A DNA stretch of 64,000 nucleotides from an uncultured Candidatus Saccharibacteria bacterium (GTDB lineage: Bacteria; Patescibacteriota; Doudnabacteria; UBA920), in assembly GCA_964532425.1 (NCBI GenBank), contig CAZHIA010000002.1, forward strand, positions 77,945 to 141,944, given 5' to 3'. The notes beneath the pieces were generated by a model. It had not been told where the DNA came from. It worked only from the letters and a program-made list of their open reading frames with translations, and searched no databases. A program made the position numbers and the translations under genes. Shown here in pieces: positions 9,234 to 18,019 of the stretch. Numbering within the stretch: position 1 is the first letter of the stretch; each line of letters opens with the position of its first letter.

Positions 9234-10769
9234 TTGAAGCAAATTCGTCTTCTATTATATTATATGAAATATCTCAAAGATTCGATTTTTAAATACAAAG
9301 GTCTTATTCAGGGGAAAGAATGGTATCATCAACGGTTCGACGGGTGCCCGATGTTTATTTTTGCTATTGCTGATGCTGAGATGGTCAAAGAGAAGCGCAA
9401 ACCGGCTGGTAATTACCCCAATGTTCGCGTATGTTTCTTTGGCGACGGCAAGGCTGACTGGCATTTGGATATGAGAGATGTCCGGTCCGCAACGGCCGCT
9501 CTGATCACTTTGGCAAAAAAAGACAAGAATTTGTCTACCAAGCTGCTGAAAGCTTGGAAAAAAGACGAGCTGGATTTTGATCGTTTCTTCTGGAAAGAGT
9601 TTCCCAAGATCAGTCTGCGCGCTTTGACCGATCGGCAGTTGCTCGCGCTTTGGAAGAGATATTATAAGCTCGCCATTGCCCGTTTGAGTTCGACCGGGAT
9701 TATAGACCATTTCGCCCTTGGGTCGGACGCTTTGATCCAAGATATGGTAAAGGACGAAGTGCGGAAGTTGACCAATAACCGGCCAATGAAAGATTCCGAA
9801 TTTGCGGGTATATTTGCGGTTTCCACGGCGCCAGTTCATCAATCGTTCATAAACCAGGCCGAGATCGATTTACTGAAGATCGCAACCGGACAATCTACAG
9901 AAACTTTGCAGCATTACCAGAAGCGGTATTTTTGGATAAAAAACAACTATGTAACTTCGCAAGTGTTGTCGGTTGAATATTTTCAGAACGAGGTCAAAAC
10001 CTGGAAGCAGAGCGGCAAGGATCTGCGGGTGGAAATTACAAAATTAGAAAATACTCCGAAGGAAAATAAGAAAAAGAAAACCAAGCTGTTCAAACAGTAC
10101 AGGTTTTCGCCGCTCTTGAAAACCTTACTGAAGATCTCTGAGGATTTTACTTTTTGGCAGGACGAGCGCAAGCGGGCAACCTACTTCAATATCTATATCG
10201 GCTGCACGCTACTGGAAGAGATCAGCCGCAGGACCGGCTACATGCTCGATCAGTTGAAATACGTAACCGCCTCGGAAATCGAGGGTGTTATGAAGGATAA
10301 AAAACCTTTACCTCGACAGTTGGATGCGCGTATGGCAGGGTCGGTGTTCCTGGTCAACCGGCGCGGTTATTGCGTGGCAACCGGCAAGGATGTGGAAAAA
10401 GTGCGCACCGTGATGTGGGGCAAGCAGAAACAGGATGAGGTGAATGATTTCCGCGGGCTGACCGCGTCGCTCGGCAAGGTGCAGGGGCGGGTTAGGATTG
10501 TAAAATCGGTCACGGAAATTGGCAAAGTCGAGCAGGGTGATATATTGGTCGCGGTCATGACCAGGCCGGATTACGTACCGGCTATGAAAAAGGCCGCAGC
10601 CATCGTGACCAATGAGGGTGGAATCACCAGTCATGCTGCCATTGTTAGCCGCGAACTAGGCATTCCGTGCGTGATCGGCACCAAGATTGCCACAGAAGTG
10701 CTGCATGACGGCGATATTGTAGAGGTGAATGCAAATCATGGGAAGGTGACAATTATTAAAAGAGTATAA
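9234..10769 (+). CDS. PEP-utilising-enzyme mobile (swivel His) domain protein, paralog 1 (no ATP-grasp domain)
   Basis: 511 aa. The C-terminal ~90 aa ('GDILVAVMTRPDYVPAMKKAAAIVTNEGGITSHAAIVSRELGIPCVIGT...VEVNANHG') is a canonical PEP-utilising mobile domain with a catalytic His. The N-terminal ~400 aa is helical and has no ATP-grasp motif. Confidence 0.75.
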   Translation: MKQIRLLLYYMKYLKDSIFKYKGLIQGKEWYHQRFDGCPMFIFAIADAEMVKEKRKPAGNYPNVRVCFFGDGKADWHLDMRDVRSATAALITLAKKDKNLSTKLLKAWKKDELDFDRFFWKEFPKISLRALTDRQLLALWKRYYKLAIARLSSTGIIDHFALGSDALIQDMVKDEVRKLTNNRPMKDSEFAGIFAVSTAPVHQSFINQAEIDLLKIATGQSTETLQHYQKRYFWIKNNYVTSQVLSVEYFQNEVKTWKQSGKDLRVEITKLENTPKENKKKKTKLFKQYRFSPLLKTLLKISEDFTFWQDERKRATYFNIYIGCTLLEEISRRTGYMLDQLKYVTASEIEGVMKDKKPLPRQLDARMAGSVFLVNRRGYCVATGKDVEKVRTVMWGKQKQDEVNDFRGLTASLGKVQGRVRIVKSVTEIGKVEQGDILVAVMTRPDYVPAMKKAAAIVTNEGGITSHAAIVSRELGIPCVIGTKIATEVLHDGDIVEVNANHGKVTIIKRV

Positions 10770-10779
10770 AGATAAGCAT

Positions 10780-11628
10780 ATGCCCCAACAAAACCTCTGG
10801 GAAGCCATTCAAGCTGCCGCTTCAGAAAAGAGAAGAAGGGTGGCAATCGGCATCAACAAAATAACCCCGAAGGTCGTCGATAGCTTAAATCGTGCCAAAC
10901 GATACGTGGATATTGTGGTAGTGGGAAAGAAGATGGAAGGGTTTGATTCAATAGAGTGTGACAATTTGACCCCCATGATCCAGATGGCCAAGGATGGCAC
11001 AGTGGATGCGGTGGTGCGCGGCAATTTTGACGCACTCGATGCGTATAACGCTCTAAAAGAGGTGTTCAACATCCAATCCGGTATTCTAGAAATAAACTTT
11101 TTCAAGCTTAACGGTATTAAGATGATTGATGATTCCAAGCAGGGAGTGTTTTGCTTGTTACCGGCTAGCTTTGTGAACGAACGGACATACGAGGACAAGA
11201 TAAAATCCATCAATCTCCATTTAGATTTTTTCAAGAAAATCGGCATAGAACCCAAACTGGGAATTTTAGGGCCGGGAAAATTGATAGACAAACAAGAAAA
11301 TATTCCCGAAGTGACCGCCGGACTGGAGGAGGCGGAGAACTTAGTTACACATTATAGCGAACAGGGAGTGTGGGGGAAATTTTTCAACCATCAAATCGAA
11401 TACGCGGCCATGGAAGCTAATATAATCGTAGCCCAGAATTCTTGGGCCGGGAACCTGGCGGCGCACTGCCTGCTATATTTTGGAACATGTGACTACCTGG
11501 GCGGCGCAGCTCTGAATATTCCGGAAATTGTGTACGTTGATGACAGTGAAGCAATGCAGGATTTCGAAAACTGTTTGCTGTTTGCTTCATATTTAGCCGC
11601 GCAAAAATCTCATGAAAAGCCGGAATAA
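10780..11628 (+). CDS. PTA/PTB-family (phosphate acyltransferase-like) protein
   Basis: 282 aa. The motif series ('RVAIGINKITPKVV...', 'DAVVRGNFDALDAYN', 'KLGILGPGKL', 'NIIVAQNSWAGNLAAHCLLYF') lines up block by block with phosphotransacetylase/phosphotransbutyrylase. Confidence 0.5.
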   Translation: MPQQNLWEAIQAAASEKRRRVAIGINKITPKVVDSLNRAKRYVDIVVVGKKMEGFDSIECDNLTPMIQMAKDGTVDAVVRGNFDALDAYNALKEVFNIQSGILEINFFKLNGIKMIDDSKQGVFCLLPASFVNERTYEDKIKSINLHLDFFKKIGIEPKLGILGPGKLIDKQENIPEVTAGLEEAENLVTHYSEQGVWGKFFNHQIEYAAMEANIIVAQNSWAGNLAAHCLLYFGTCDYLGGAALNIPEIVYVDDSEAMQDFENCLLFASYLAAQKSHEKPE

Positions 11629-13114
11629 CCCGCGTCCCACCATATCAGTTTATAAGAGTCCTGCCCCGCCATTTCCGATCGCGCTCATGGCAAGTTGTTA
11701 TACCTTGCCGATGACCAAAAGCGTCGGGGTGCGGGATTATTATTCGACTTTGTTCGATTTCATGGACAACAAGGTTGGCAACTGGCATTTTTACCAGCAC
11801 GACATCGACCGCATTACACCAAAGGTTTTGAATGCCTTACTGAAAGACAACAGGATCGTCAAACACTGCGCCCAGCAGTATGTAAAATACATTTCCCGGG
11901 TCACGGCTTTATTGGACAAAAGAACATTACAGGAACGGCTCAGAAAAATGTCCGTGGGGGAGAGAGTGTCGTGTTTCAAGAAAGCTATGGCTGCCTACCA
12001 GCAAGCTTCGTACTATGTTGAGCCGCCGGATTTTAGTTTGGAGCTCGGCGGGTATGCCATAGTCAAAGAGAGGATTAAGCAGGAGCTTGAAAGCCGGGGG
12101 ATTATCATAGGCCAGGCGGAATTTGAGGCCTACATCGGCACCTTGTTTAATTTCACAGCCTTATCATTCGTCCAAAGGTCGGAGTTGGCTATTTTAAAAG
12201 CCGCACGGCTTTCGCTGCCCAGGAGAAAAGGCGCTATCAAGAAGATAGAATCGGATTTTTATTGGCGGACGTATGATTATTACGGCGAGTTATTTGATAC
12301 GGACAAGATCGAGAAAGAGATTCAAACTTACCAAAGTTTGCCCGCGGCAGAGTTGGCCCGAAGGATTAAAGAAATAGAAAAAAGTCCTGCCAACAACGAA
12401 AAAACGCTCACAGCCAAGTTGCAGGCATACCCTTTGAGCAAGGAGTTGCGAAATATCACTAAGATCATCCGTGAGTTTTCTTTTCTCTATAGCGATATTA
12501 AGAAAGGTCTTACCTCAAAAGCCAATGTGGGTTTCGGTATATTTTTGGCATTTTTATCGGAACAGACCGGAGTTGATGAATATCTTCTTCATTATGCGAC
12601 ACCGGCGGAGCTGATAGCTATCCTGGAGGGTAAGATTTCGGCCGGTTCTTTGAACTTGAAATCCAGGTTATCCGGATGTGTATATGTGAACAAGCCAAAA
12701 ATGAAAGACTATTTTGAGCTGCTTGATAAGTCTGAGAGTAAGCGGATTCTGAGTGTTTTGAATTCACCCAAGGAACAGGACTTTCAGCAACTGAAAGGAT
12801 TAACTGCAAATTTAGGGAAATACATAGGTCCGGCTAAGGTTGTCATCAATGTCAGTCAGATCGGTAAAGTTGCCCCAGGCGATGTGCTGGTAGCACCGAT
12901 GACGGCAGTTGGGTTTGTGCCGGCCATGAAGAAGGTCAAGGCGATTATTACTGATATTGGCGGTATTACTTCACACGCAGCCATCGTCTCCCGGGAATTG
13001 GGTATTCCGTGCATTGTGGGCTTAAAGTCCGCTACCCAATCCATCCATGATGATGATATTGTGGAAGTCGATGCTAATCATGGAATTGTGAATTTGATAT
13101 CAAAAAATCAGTAA
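11612..13114 (+). CDS. PEP-utilising-enzyme mobile (swivel His) domain protein, paralog 2 (no ATP-grasp domain)
   Basis: About 500 aa. The C-terminus 'GDVLVAPMTAVGFVPAMKKVKAIITDIGGITSHAAIVSRELGIPCIVG...VEVDANHG' is the swivel domain. The true start may be an internal Met (11684 or 11714), because the listed start overlaps the preceding gene. Confidence 0.7.
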   Translation: MKSRNNPRPTISVYKSPAPPFPIALMASCYTLPMTKSVGVRDYYSTLFDFMDNKVGNWHFYQHDIDRITPKVLNALLKDNRIVKHCAQQYVKYISRVTALLDKRTLQERLRKMSVGERVSCFKKAMAAYQQASYYVEPPDFSLELGGYAIVKERIKQELESRGIIIGQAEFEAYIGTLFNFTALSFVQRSELAILKAARLSLPRRKGAIKKIESDFYWRTYDYYGELFDTDKIEKEIQTYQSLPAAELARRIKEIEKSPANNEKTLTAKLQAYPLSKELRNITKIIREFSFLYSDIKKGLTSKANVGFGIFLAFLSEQTGVDEYLLHYATPAELIAILEGKISAGSLNLKSRLSGCVYVNKPKMKDYFELLDKSESKRILSVLNSPKEQDFQQLKGLTANLGKYIGPAKVVINVSQIGKVAPGDVLVAPMTAVGFVPAMKKVKAIITDIGGITSHAAIVSRELGIPCIVGLKSATQSIHDDDIVEVDANHGIVNLISKNQ

Positions 13115-13126
13115 GATTTCGGATTT

Positions 13127-15115
13127 ATGTACACTAAACTGTTTACTCAAATTTCTAAAACAGATGTTGCCGAAGCCGGTGGCAAGGGGGCATCTTTGGG
13201 CGAGATGACCCAGGCGGGTATTCCCGTACCGCCGGGGTTCGTGGTACTGGCTTCGGCTTTTGAAATGTTTGTTGAAGAAACGGAAATCAAGACGGATATC
13301 GAAGCGGTATTGGAGGAGGTGAATCACAAAGACACCAACAGCGTTGAACAGGCTTCGGAAAAGATCCAAGGCATTATTTTAAGCGAAGAGATGCCCGGGG
13401 AGATAGGGGAGGAGATTTCAAAAGAGTTTAAAAAACTGAAATCGAAATATGTAGCTGTCAGATCATCCGCTACATCCGAAGACAGTAGTAGTGCGGCCTG
13501 GGCCGGACAGCTGGATACGTATTTGAACACGGCGGAAAAGGAGTTGCTTTTAAACGTTAAAAAATGCTGGGCCTCTTTGTTTACGCCGCGAGCTATTTTT
13601 TATCGGTTCGAAAAGGGTTTGCATAAGGAATTCATATCCGTGGCAGTCGTGGTTCAAAAAATGGTGCAGAGCGAAGTCTCGGGCATCGCCTTTTCCGTGC
13701 ATCCCGTGACCGAGGACTACAACCAGATGATCATCGAAGCCGGCTACGGCCTCGGGGAGGCGATTGTCTCAGGTTCGATTACCCCGGATTCCTATGTGGT
13801 CAAAAAGAAGGAAATGGAGATTGTTGATATTACGGTGGCCGACCAGCAGCAAATGCTGGTAAAAGCCAAACAGGGCAACGAGTGGGTTACTGTGCCTGGC
13901 TCAAAGCAATCCAAGCAAAAACTTTCCAAAGCCGAGATTATGAAGTTATCAAAATTGATCATTAGAATCGAGAATCACTACGGTTTCCCCTGTGACATTG
14001 AATGGGCGCGTGAGGGTGGTAAATTCTACATCACCCAAAGCCGGCCGATTACAACCCTGGCTCGTAGTGGGGAAAAAACAATCTCGAGTACAACACCGAT
14101 CGTGTTCCAAAAATCCTACTCCCGAGACACTACATTGTTTATGCAAGGGTTATGGGCAAGAGGATTAACACAATTAAGTAAAGAGAAATTTGGATGGGAC
14201 AATCCTTATTTGCCATTTATTGCCCATTTTATGAATGATGGAGTGGTGGAGATTTGGGAGCATAAAAAAGCTATTGAATGGTTTTTGAATACCCTGCTGG
14301 ATGAAAACAGAAACGGGATGGAGTTTTTGGAGAAGGTGTTTAAGGAATATGTAGATTTGCTGGGACAGTTAAAGAAACTTCATCAGAAGAAGTTCTTGGA
14401 TACGCGGAAAGATATCGAAAGATATACCGAGCTCGTATACCAGGCTTCATTGGATATGACTTTATTCTTTTATGTGGGGGTCGATAAGAGGAGTCCTTCC
14501 AAAGCCAAAAAGTTGTCAATCCAGGCAAGAAAACTCGGTGATTTTTTCGCGGAAAATGACGTATTTGTAAGGAATAATATTTCCCGCCGGGGCAAAATTT
14601 CCAAAGAGCTTGCTGGAGTAGTGCTGTCAGCCGAGTTTATCAAAATTCCTGCAAAAGCAAATTTGGAGAAGCGCCTTTCCCGATATCTTATGATTGATGG
14701 AAGTGTGACGTATTCGGGCAGTCTGGATACTCTCATGAAAGAGCATGGAGAATATGTATTTGAAAAGAATGGTGCCTTGACCGGCAAGGTGGGGGAAGTT
14801 GCTGGACAGCCGGCTTATAAAGGTGTGGCGCGGGGTTTGGTACGTATTGTCAGAAAGCAAAGCCATTTGGAGAAGGTGAAAAAAGGAGATATTTTGGTTG
14901 CACCCATGACCACCCCGGATTTCTTACCGGCAATGGATCGCGCTGCTGCGTTCGTGACAGACGAAGGTGGTGTAACCTGCCACGCCGCTATTGTATCCAG
15001 GGAGATGGAAAAACCGTGTGTAATCGGGACGAAGTACGCCACGGAAGTTTTGAGAGACGGTGATTTGGTTGAAGTTGATGCGAATAAAGGAGTGGTGAGG
15101 ATTTTGAAAAAGTGA
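13127..15115 (+). CDS. PEP synthase / rifampin-phosphotransferase-like enzyme: N-terminal PEP/pyruvate-binding ATP-grasp domain + C-terminal swivel His domain
   Basis: 662 aa. The N-terminus 'AGGKGASLGEMTQAGIPVPPGFVV' matches the PPDK/PEPS nucleotide-binding domain. The C-terminus 'GDILVAPMTTPDFLPAMDRAAAFVTDEGGVTCHAAIVSREM...VEVDANKG' is the swivel domain. Confidence 0.8.
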   Translation: MYTKLFTQISKTDVAEAGGKGASLGEMTQAGIPVPPGFVVLASAFEMFVEETEIKTDIEAVLEEVNHKDTNSVEQASEKIQGIILSEEMPGEIGEEISKEFKKLKSKYVAVRSSATSEDSSSAAWAGQLDTYLNTAEKELLLNVKKCWASLFTPRAIFYRFEKGLHKEFISVAVVVQKMVQSEVSGIAFSVHPVTEDYNQMIIEAGYGLGEAIVSGSITPDSYVVKKKEMEIVDITVADQQQMLVKAKQGNEWVTVPGSKQSKQKLSKAEIMKLSKLIIRIENHYGFPCDIEWAREGGKFYITQSRPITTLARSGEKTISSTTPIVFQKSYSRDTTLFMQGLWARGLTQLSKEKFGWDNPYLPFIAHFMNDGVVEIWEHKKAIEWFLNTLLDENRNGMEFLEKVFKEYVDLLGQLKKLHQKKFLDTRKDIERYTELVYQASLDMTLFFYVGVDKRSPSKAKKLSIQARKLGDFFAENDVFVRNNISRRGKISKELAGVVLSAEFIKIPAKANLEKRLSRYLMIDGSVTYSGSLDTLMKEHGEYVFEKNGALTGKVGEVAGQPAYKGVARGLVRIVRKQSHLEKVKKGDILVAPMTTPDFLPAMDRAAAFVTDEGGVTCHAAIVSREMEKPCVIGTKYATEVLRDGDLVEVDANKGVVRILKK

Positions 15116-15262
15116 GGCACTTGTTTAAATCACGATCGTGAGTTAAGCAAGAGGGCATGGTGATAAGTCGAGTTGTAATAATTGCTTAGGGAGGGGATGG
15201 TCGCGACCATCCCCTACAACGGGCACCAGCTGTGGTTGGTGTCTTTAAAAGTCGGTGAGGTT

Positions 15263-15330
15263 TTAAGCCAGAGAAAATTTTCTTTGGCTTTTTTATAAGA
15301 GCGTAGTCCCGCTTGGGTAAGCGGTTTTTT
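15263..15330 (+). terminator. Two tandem Rho-independent terminators (AGCCAGAGAAAATTTTCTTTGGCTTTTTT; CCGCTTGGGTAAGCGGTTTTTT)
   Basis: Hairpins followed by T-runs after the 13127-15115 CDS. Confidence 0.6.
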
Positions 15331-15554
15331 GAATAAGGGTCTTGACAGTTGGTGTACGTTCGTATACCATAGATTTGTACAGTGCCATTATTCCCGAGGA
15401 GGACGGATAGTAGTCTTAAAAACCGCAGTCTGCGGCGGTCGGGAAGACCTTTTGCCCTGAGCCCCCAGCTCATGCCCTTTTAGAGGGTATGGGTCTGCCC
15501 AGGGCATAAGGTTCTCCCGACTGCAAGCAGTGCGGGCAGTATAAGGAGGCCAGT

Positions 15555-15830
15555 ATGGCCAAAAAGAAAGAAGGCTGGTTTAAGCCCTTCATCCTCAATC
15601 CGCACAACGTCAATCGGGTTGTGCAGCCGGACAAGCCCGGAGTTTATGTGCTTGGTTTTATGGATAAGGACCGTAAATTAAAGATTAAGCACATGCGGGC
15701 GACCGGTAATGTCAAAGACGAGCTGATGAAACAGATCGGCAAGTATCATATTTTTATGTACAAGCCGCTCAAGTACCAGCTCGATGCTTTTCGTGCGCGG
15801 CATCAGCAGTCGTTGCAGTTCGGTTTTTAG
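15555..15830 (+). CDS. Small protein with GIY-YIG-like N-terminal motif (possible nuclease fold)
   Basis: 91 aa with a strong RBS ('taaggaggccagtATG'). 'KPGVYVLGF...IGKY' resembles the GIY...YIG signature. Weak. Confidence 0.4.
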   Translation: MAKKKEGWFKPFILNPHNVNRVVQPDKPGVYVLGFMDKDRKLKIKHMRATGNVKDELMKQIGKYHIFMYKPLKYQLDAFRARHQQSLQFGF

Positions 15831-15838
15831 TAGAATTT

Positions 15839-15951
15839 ACACGTTTTGCCCGATACAGAACACCAGGGCAAAACCCACAAGGGGCTTACCCGATTACTTC
15901 GTTATTTTGTTCCGCTTGACCTCACCGTACCATCCAGTACGGCTCGGCCAA
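15839..15951 (+). repeat. Structured ~112-bp element, copy A
   Basis: Imperfect direct repeat of 16139-16250. It contains the hairpins GTTTTGCCC...GGGCAAAAC and CCGTAC...GTACGG. Confidence 0.6.
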
Positions 15952-16138
15952 TGCTCGCAAAATGCCTCGTACTCGGCTAAGCGCGTAAATTCTACCCCCG
16001 TCCGATAAATCACCGACAGAGATTAGCGGGACATCCCTTGCAAGGGTCGGCAATCAACGCGGTCAATACGCAATCTTGCCATAAGGCGCTTGTAAGGAGA
16101 ACTTACCAAGATCGAAAGCGGGATTTATTTCCGGACTT

Positions 16139-16250
16139 ACACGTTTCGCCCAACACAAAAATCAGGGCGAAACCTGCAAGAGGCTTGTCCGATTACTTCG
16201 TTAAAATGCTCCGGTTGACCTCACCGTACCTCCAGTACGGCTCGGCCAAT
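16139..16250 (+). repeat. Structured ~112-bp element, copy B
   Basis: About 80% identical to copy A. Relative to A, the first hairpin shows compensatory changes (GTTTCGCCC...GGGCGAAAC). It is followed by the palindrome CCTGCCTGCCGGCAGGCAGG and a terminator at 16318-16349. Confidence 0.6.
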
Positions 16251-16381
16251 CCCTGCCTGCCGGCAGGCAGGCTCACATTTTGTCTCGTTCTCGGACAAGC
16301 GCATAAGTCCTCACTGAGCCCCGCCCTTTTAAAAGAAGGGTGGGGTTTTCTATTTGAGATGCTAAAGAGTATACTATTGGT

Positions 16382-16681
16382 ATGATTGAATGGCTTGTTC
16401 ATAAAGGATTGTTCAGGAATGCCAACCATGCTATTTGGTTTTTGTGCACAATAGGCATATTCTTGACCTTTGTTGTCTTACATTTTTATCCGCACTCTAC
16501 TGTTGCTTGGCTCATCGTTCCGGTGATTGTTCACATGCCGCCGCTTGTAACCGCCACGGTCTATCGAATTCGGAAGACGGACAGTGAGATTTATTCAGTT
16601 GATTGTATATGGTTTAATGCCGGTATGGTTACCCTGTATTTTATTGTCGGAATATTGCAATTATCCCGAAATGCTGGATAG
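16382..16681 (+). CDS. Hypothetical small membrane protein (3 predicted TM helices)
   Basis: 99 aa, strongly hydrophobic. Confidence 0.45.
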   Translation: MIEWLVHKGLFRNANHAIWFLCTIGIFLTFVVLHFYPHSTVAWLIVPVIVHMPPLVTATVYRIRKTDSEIYSVDCIWFNAGMVTLYFIVGILQLSRNAG

Positions 16682-16840
16682 CTGTTATATTATTGTAGTT
16701 CCCTACAAGACACGGTATGCAAGCCTTCGTTAAAATCCCGTCCAGGAACCAATCCCGGATGGGATTTTGTTATGTTTGGCTTATCCACACGTGATTTTGA
16801 CAATAGGTGAACGATTGTATACTATATAGATAACAATAAT

Positions 16841-17854
16841 TTGGTATATATGGACGAAATAAAAAAGGGTGAAATTGTTATTTATAAAGGTACGGAAGGT
16901 CTTGAATTGCAGGTGCGGATGGAGGGGGAGACGGTCTGGCTTACCCTGCAACAAATAGCCGATTTTTTTAAACGTGACAAATCTGTTATTTCTAGACATA
17001 TCAAAAATATCTTTAAATCATCTGAATTAAGCCAAAAATCAGTTGTTGCAAAAATTGCAACAACTGCAAAAGATGGAAAAACTTACCAGGTAGAGTACTA
17101 TAATTTGGACATGGTTATTTCGGTTGGTTACCGGGTTAATTCAACGCGGGCCACCCAGTTCCGCGTATGGGCTACACAGACACTGCGAAATTATTTGCTG
17201 AAAGGCTATGTGGTCAACGAGCAGCGGCTCAAGCAGCTCGAAACCGAACATGTTCATTTGAAGGAATTGGAGCAGGCTAACCAGCTGTTTGTACAGGTGA
17301 TCGAATCCCAGCGCGCTGAAGGGTATGAGAAGGAACTGCTCAAGATTATCATCGACTACACCAATACCTGGTTCGTGCTCAACCAGTATGACAAAGGCGA
17401 GCTGGCAGTGGCGGATGTTAGTAAAAAGAAAGCTGCGGCGCTGGATTACGAACAGGTTATGAAATCGATAGAAAAATTCAAGCAGCGGCTCGGGGCCCGA
17501 AAAGAAGCGGGAGACCTGTTCGGCCAGGAAGTGGGGGAGAAGCTCAAGGCCGTGCTCGGAAGTATCAACCAAACCTATGGCGGCAAGGACCTGTATCCGT
17601 CGCTGGAAGAAAAAGCGGCCCACCTCTTATATTTCTGTATAAAAGACCATCCATTCGCGGATGGTAATAAACGCATTGGCAGTCTGTTGTTTTTGCTCTT
17701 CTTAATCGAAAATCATGCGCTTACCAACCGTCGCGGAGAACGAAAGATCAATGACAGTGCCTTGGCGGCCTTGGCTTTGTTAATAGCTGAGAGTCAGCCT
17801 GAGCAGAAAGAGGTCATGGTAAAGTTGGTAGTGAACTTGATAAATAAACGATAG
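16841..17854 (+). CDS. RhuM-family N-terminal domain fused to Fic/Doc-type domain (HPFADGNKR motif)
   Basis: 337 aa. The N-terminus 'IVIYKGTEGLELQVRMEGETVWLTLQQIADFFKRDKSVISRHIKNIF' has the RhuM-family signature. The C-terminus 'HPFADGNKRIGSLLF' has the Fic/Doc catalytic motif. Confidence 0.75.
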   Translation: MVYMDEIKKGEIVIYKGTEGLELQVRMEGETVWLTLQQIADFFKRDKSVISRHIKNIFKSSELSQKSVVAKIATTAKDGKTYQVEYYNLDMVISVGYRVNSTRATQFRVWATQTLRNYLLKGYVVNEQRLKQLETEHVHLKELEQANQLFVQVIESQRAEGYEKELLKIIIDYTNTWFVLNQYDKGELAVADVSKKKAAALDYEQVMKSIEKFKQRLGARKEAGDLFGQEVGEKLKAVLGSINQTYGGKDLYPSLEEKAAHLLYFCIKDHPFADGNKRIGSLLFLLFLIENHALTNRRGERKINDSALAALALLIAESQPEQKEVMVKLVVNLINKR

Positions 17855-17864
17855 TCGGTTGTCC

Positions 17865-17995
17865 TCTGGAATATCTCGGATCTACAAAACTACAAATGAA
17901 TCCGAATCTACAAATACATACAAACCCCGTAAGTGGAATTTGTAGGTATTTGTAGATCTGTAGCTTATTCGTAGATTTGTAGTATAATTTGTATA
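17865..17995. repeat. Palindromic array of TCTACAAA / TTTGTAGA words
   Basis: At least four direct 'CTACAAA' words are followed by at least five inverted 'TTTGTAG' words. Together they form a long imperfect hairpin between the Fic gene and the 18020 ORF. Confidence 0.7.
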
Positions 17996-18019
17996 CAAAC
18001 CCAAAGGAGGGGTAGAGAG

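Noticed and set aside
15186-15540. tmRNA / RNase P RNA / SRP RNA in the GC-rich structured leader
   Set aside because: No conserved tmRNA tag-peptide or CCA end was found. No RNase P P4 motif (AGGAAAGUCCGG) was found. No SRP domain IV motif was found. It was left as a leader or unknown RNA.
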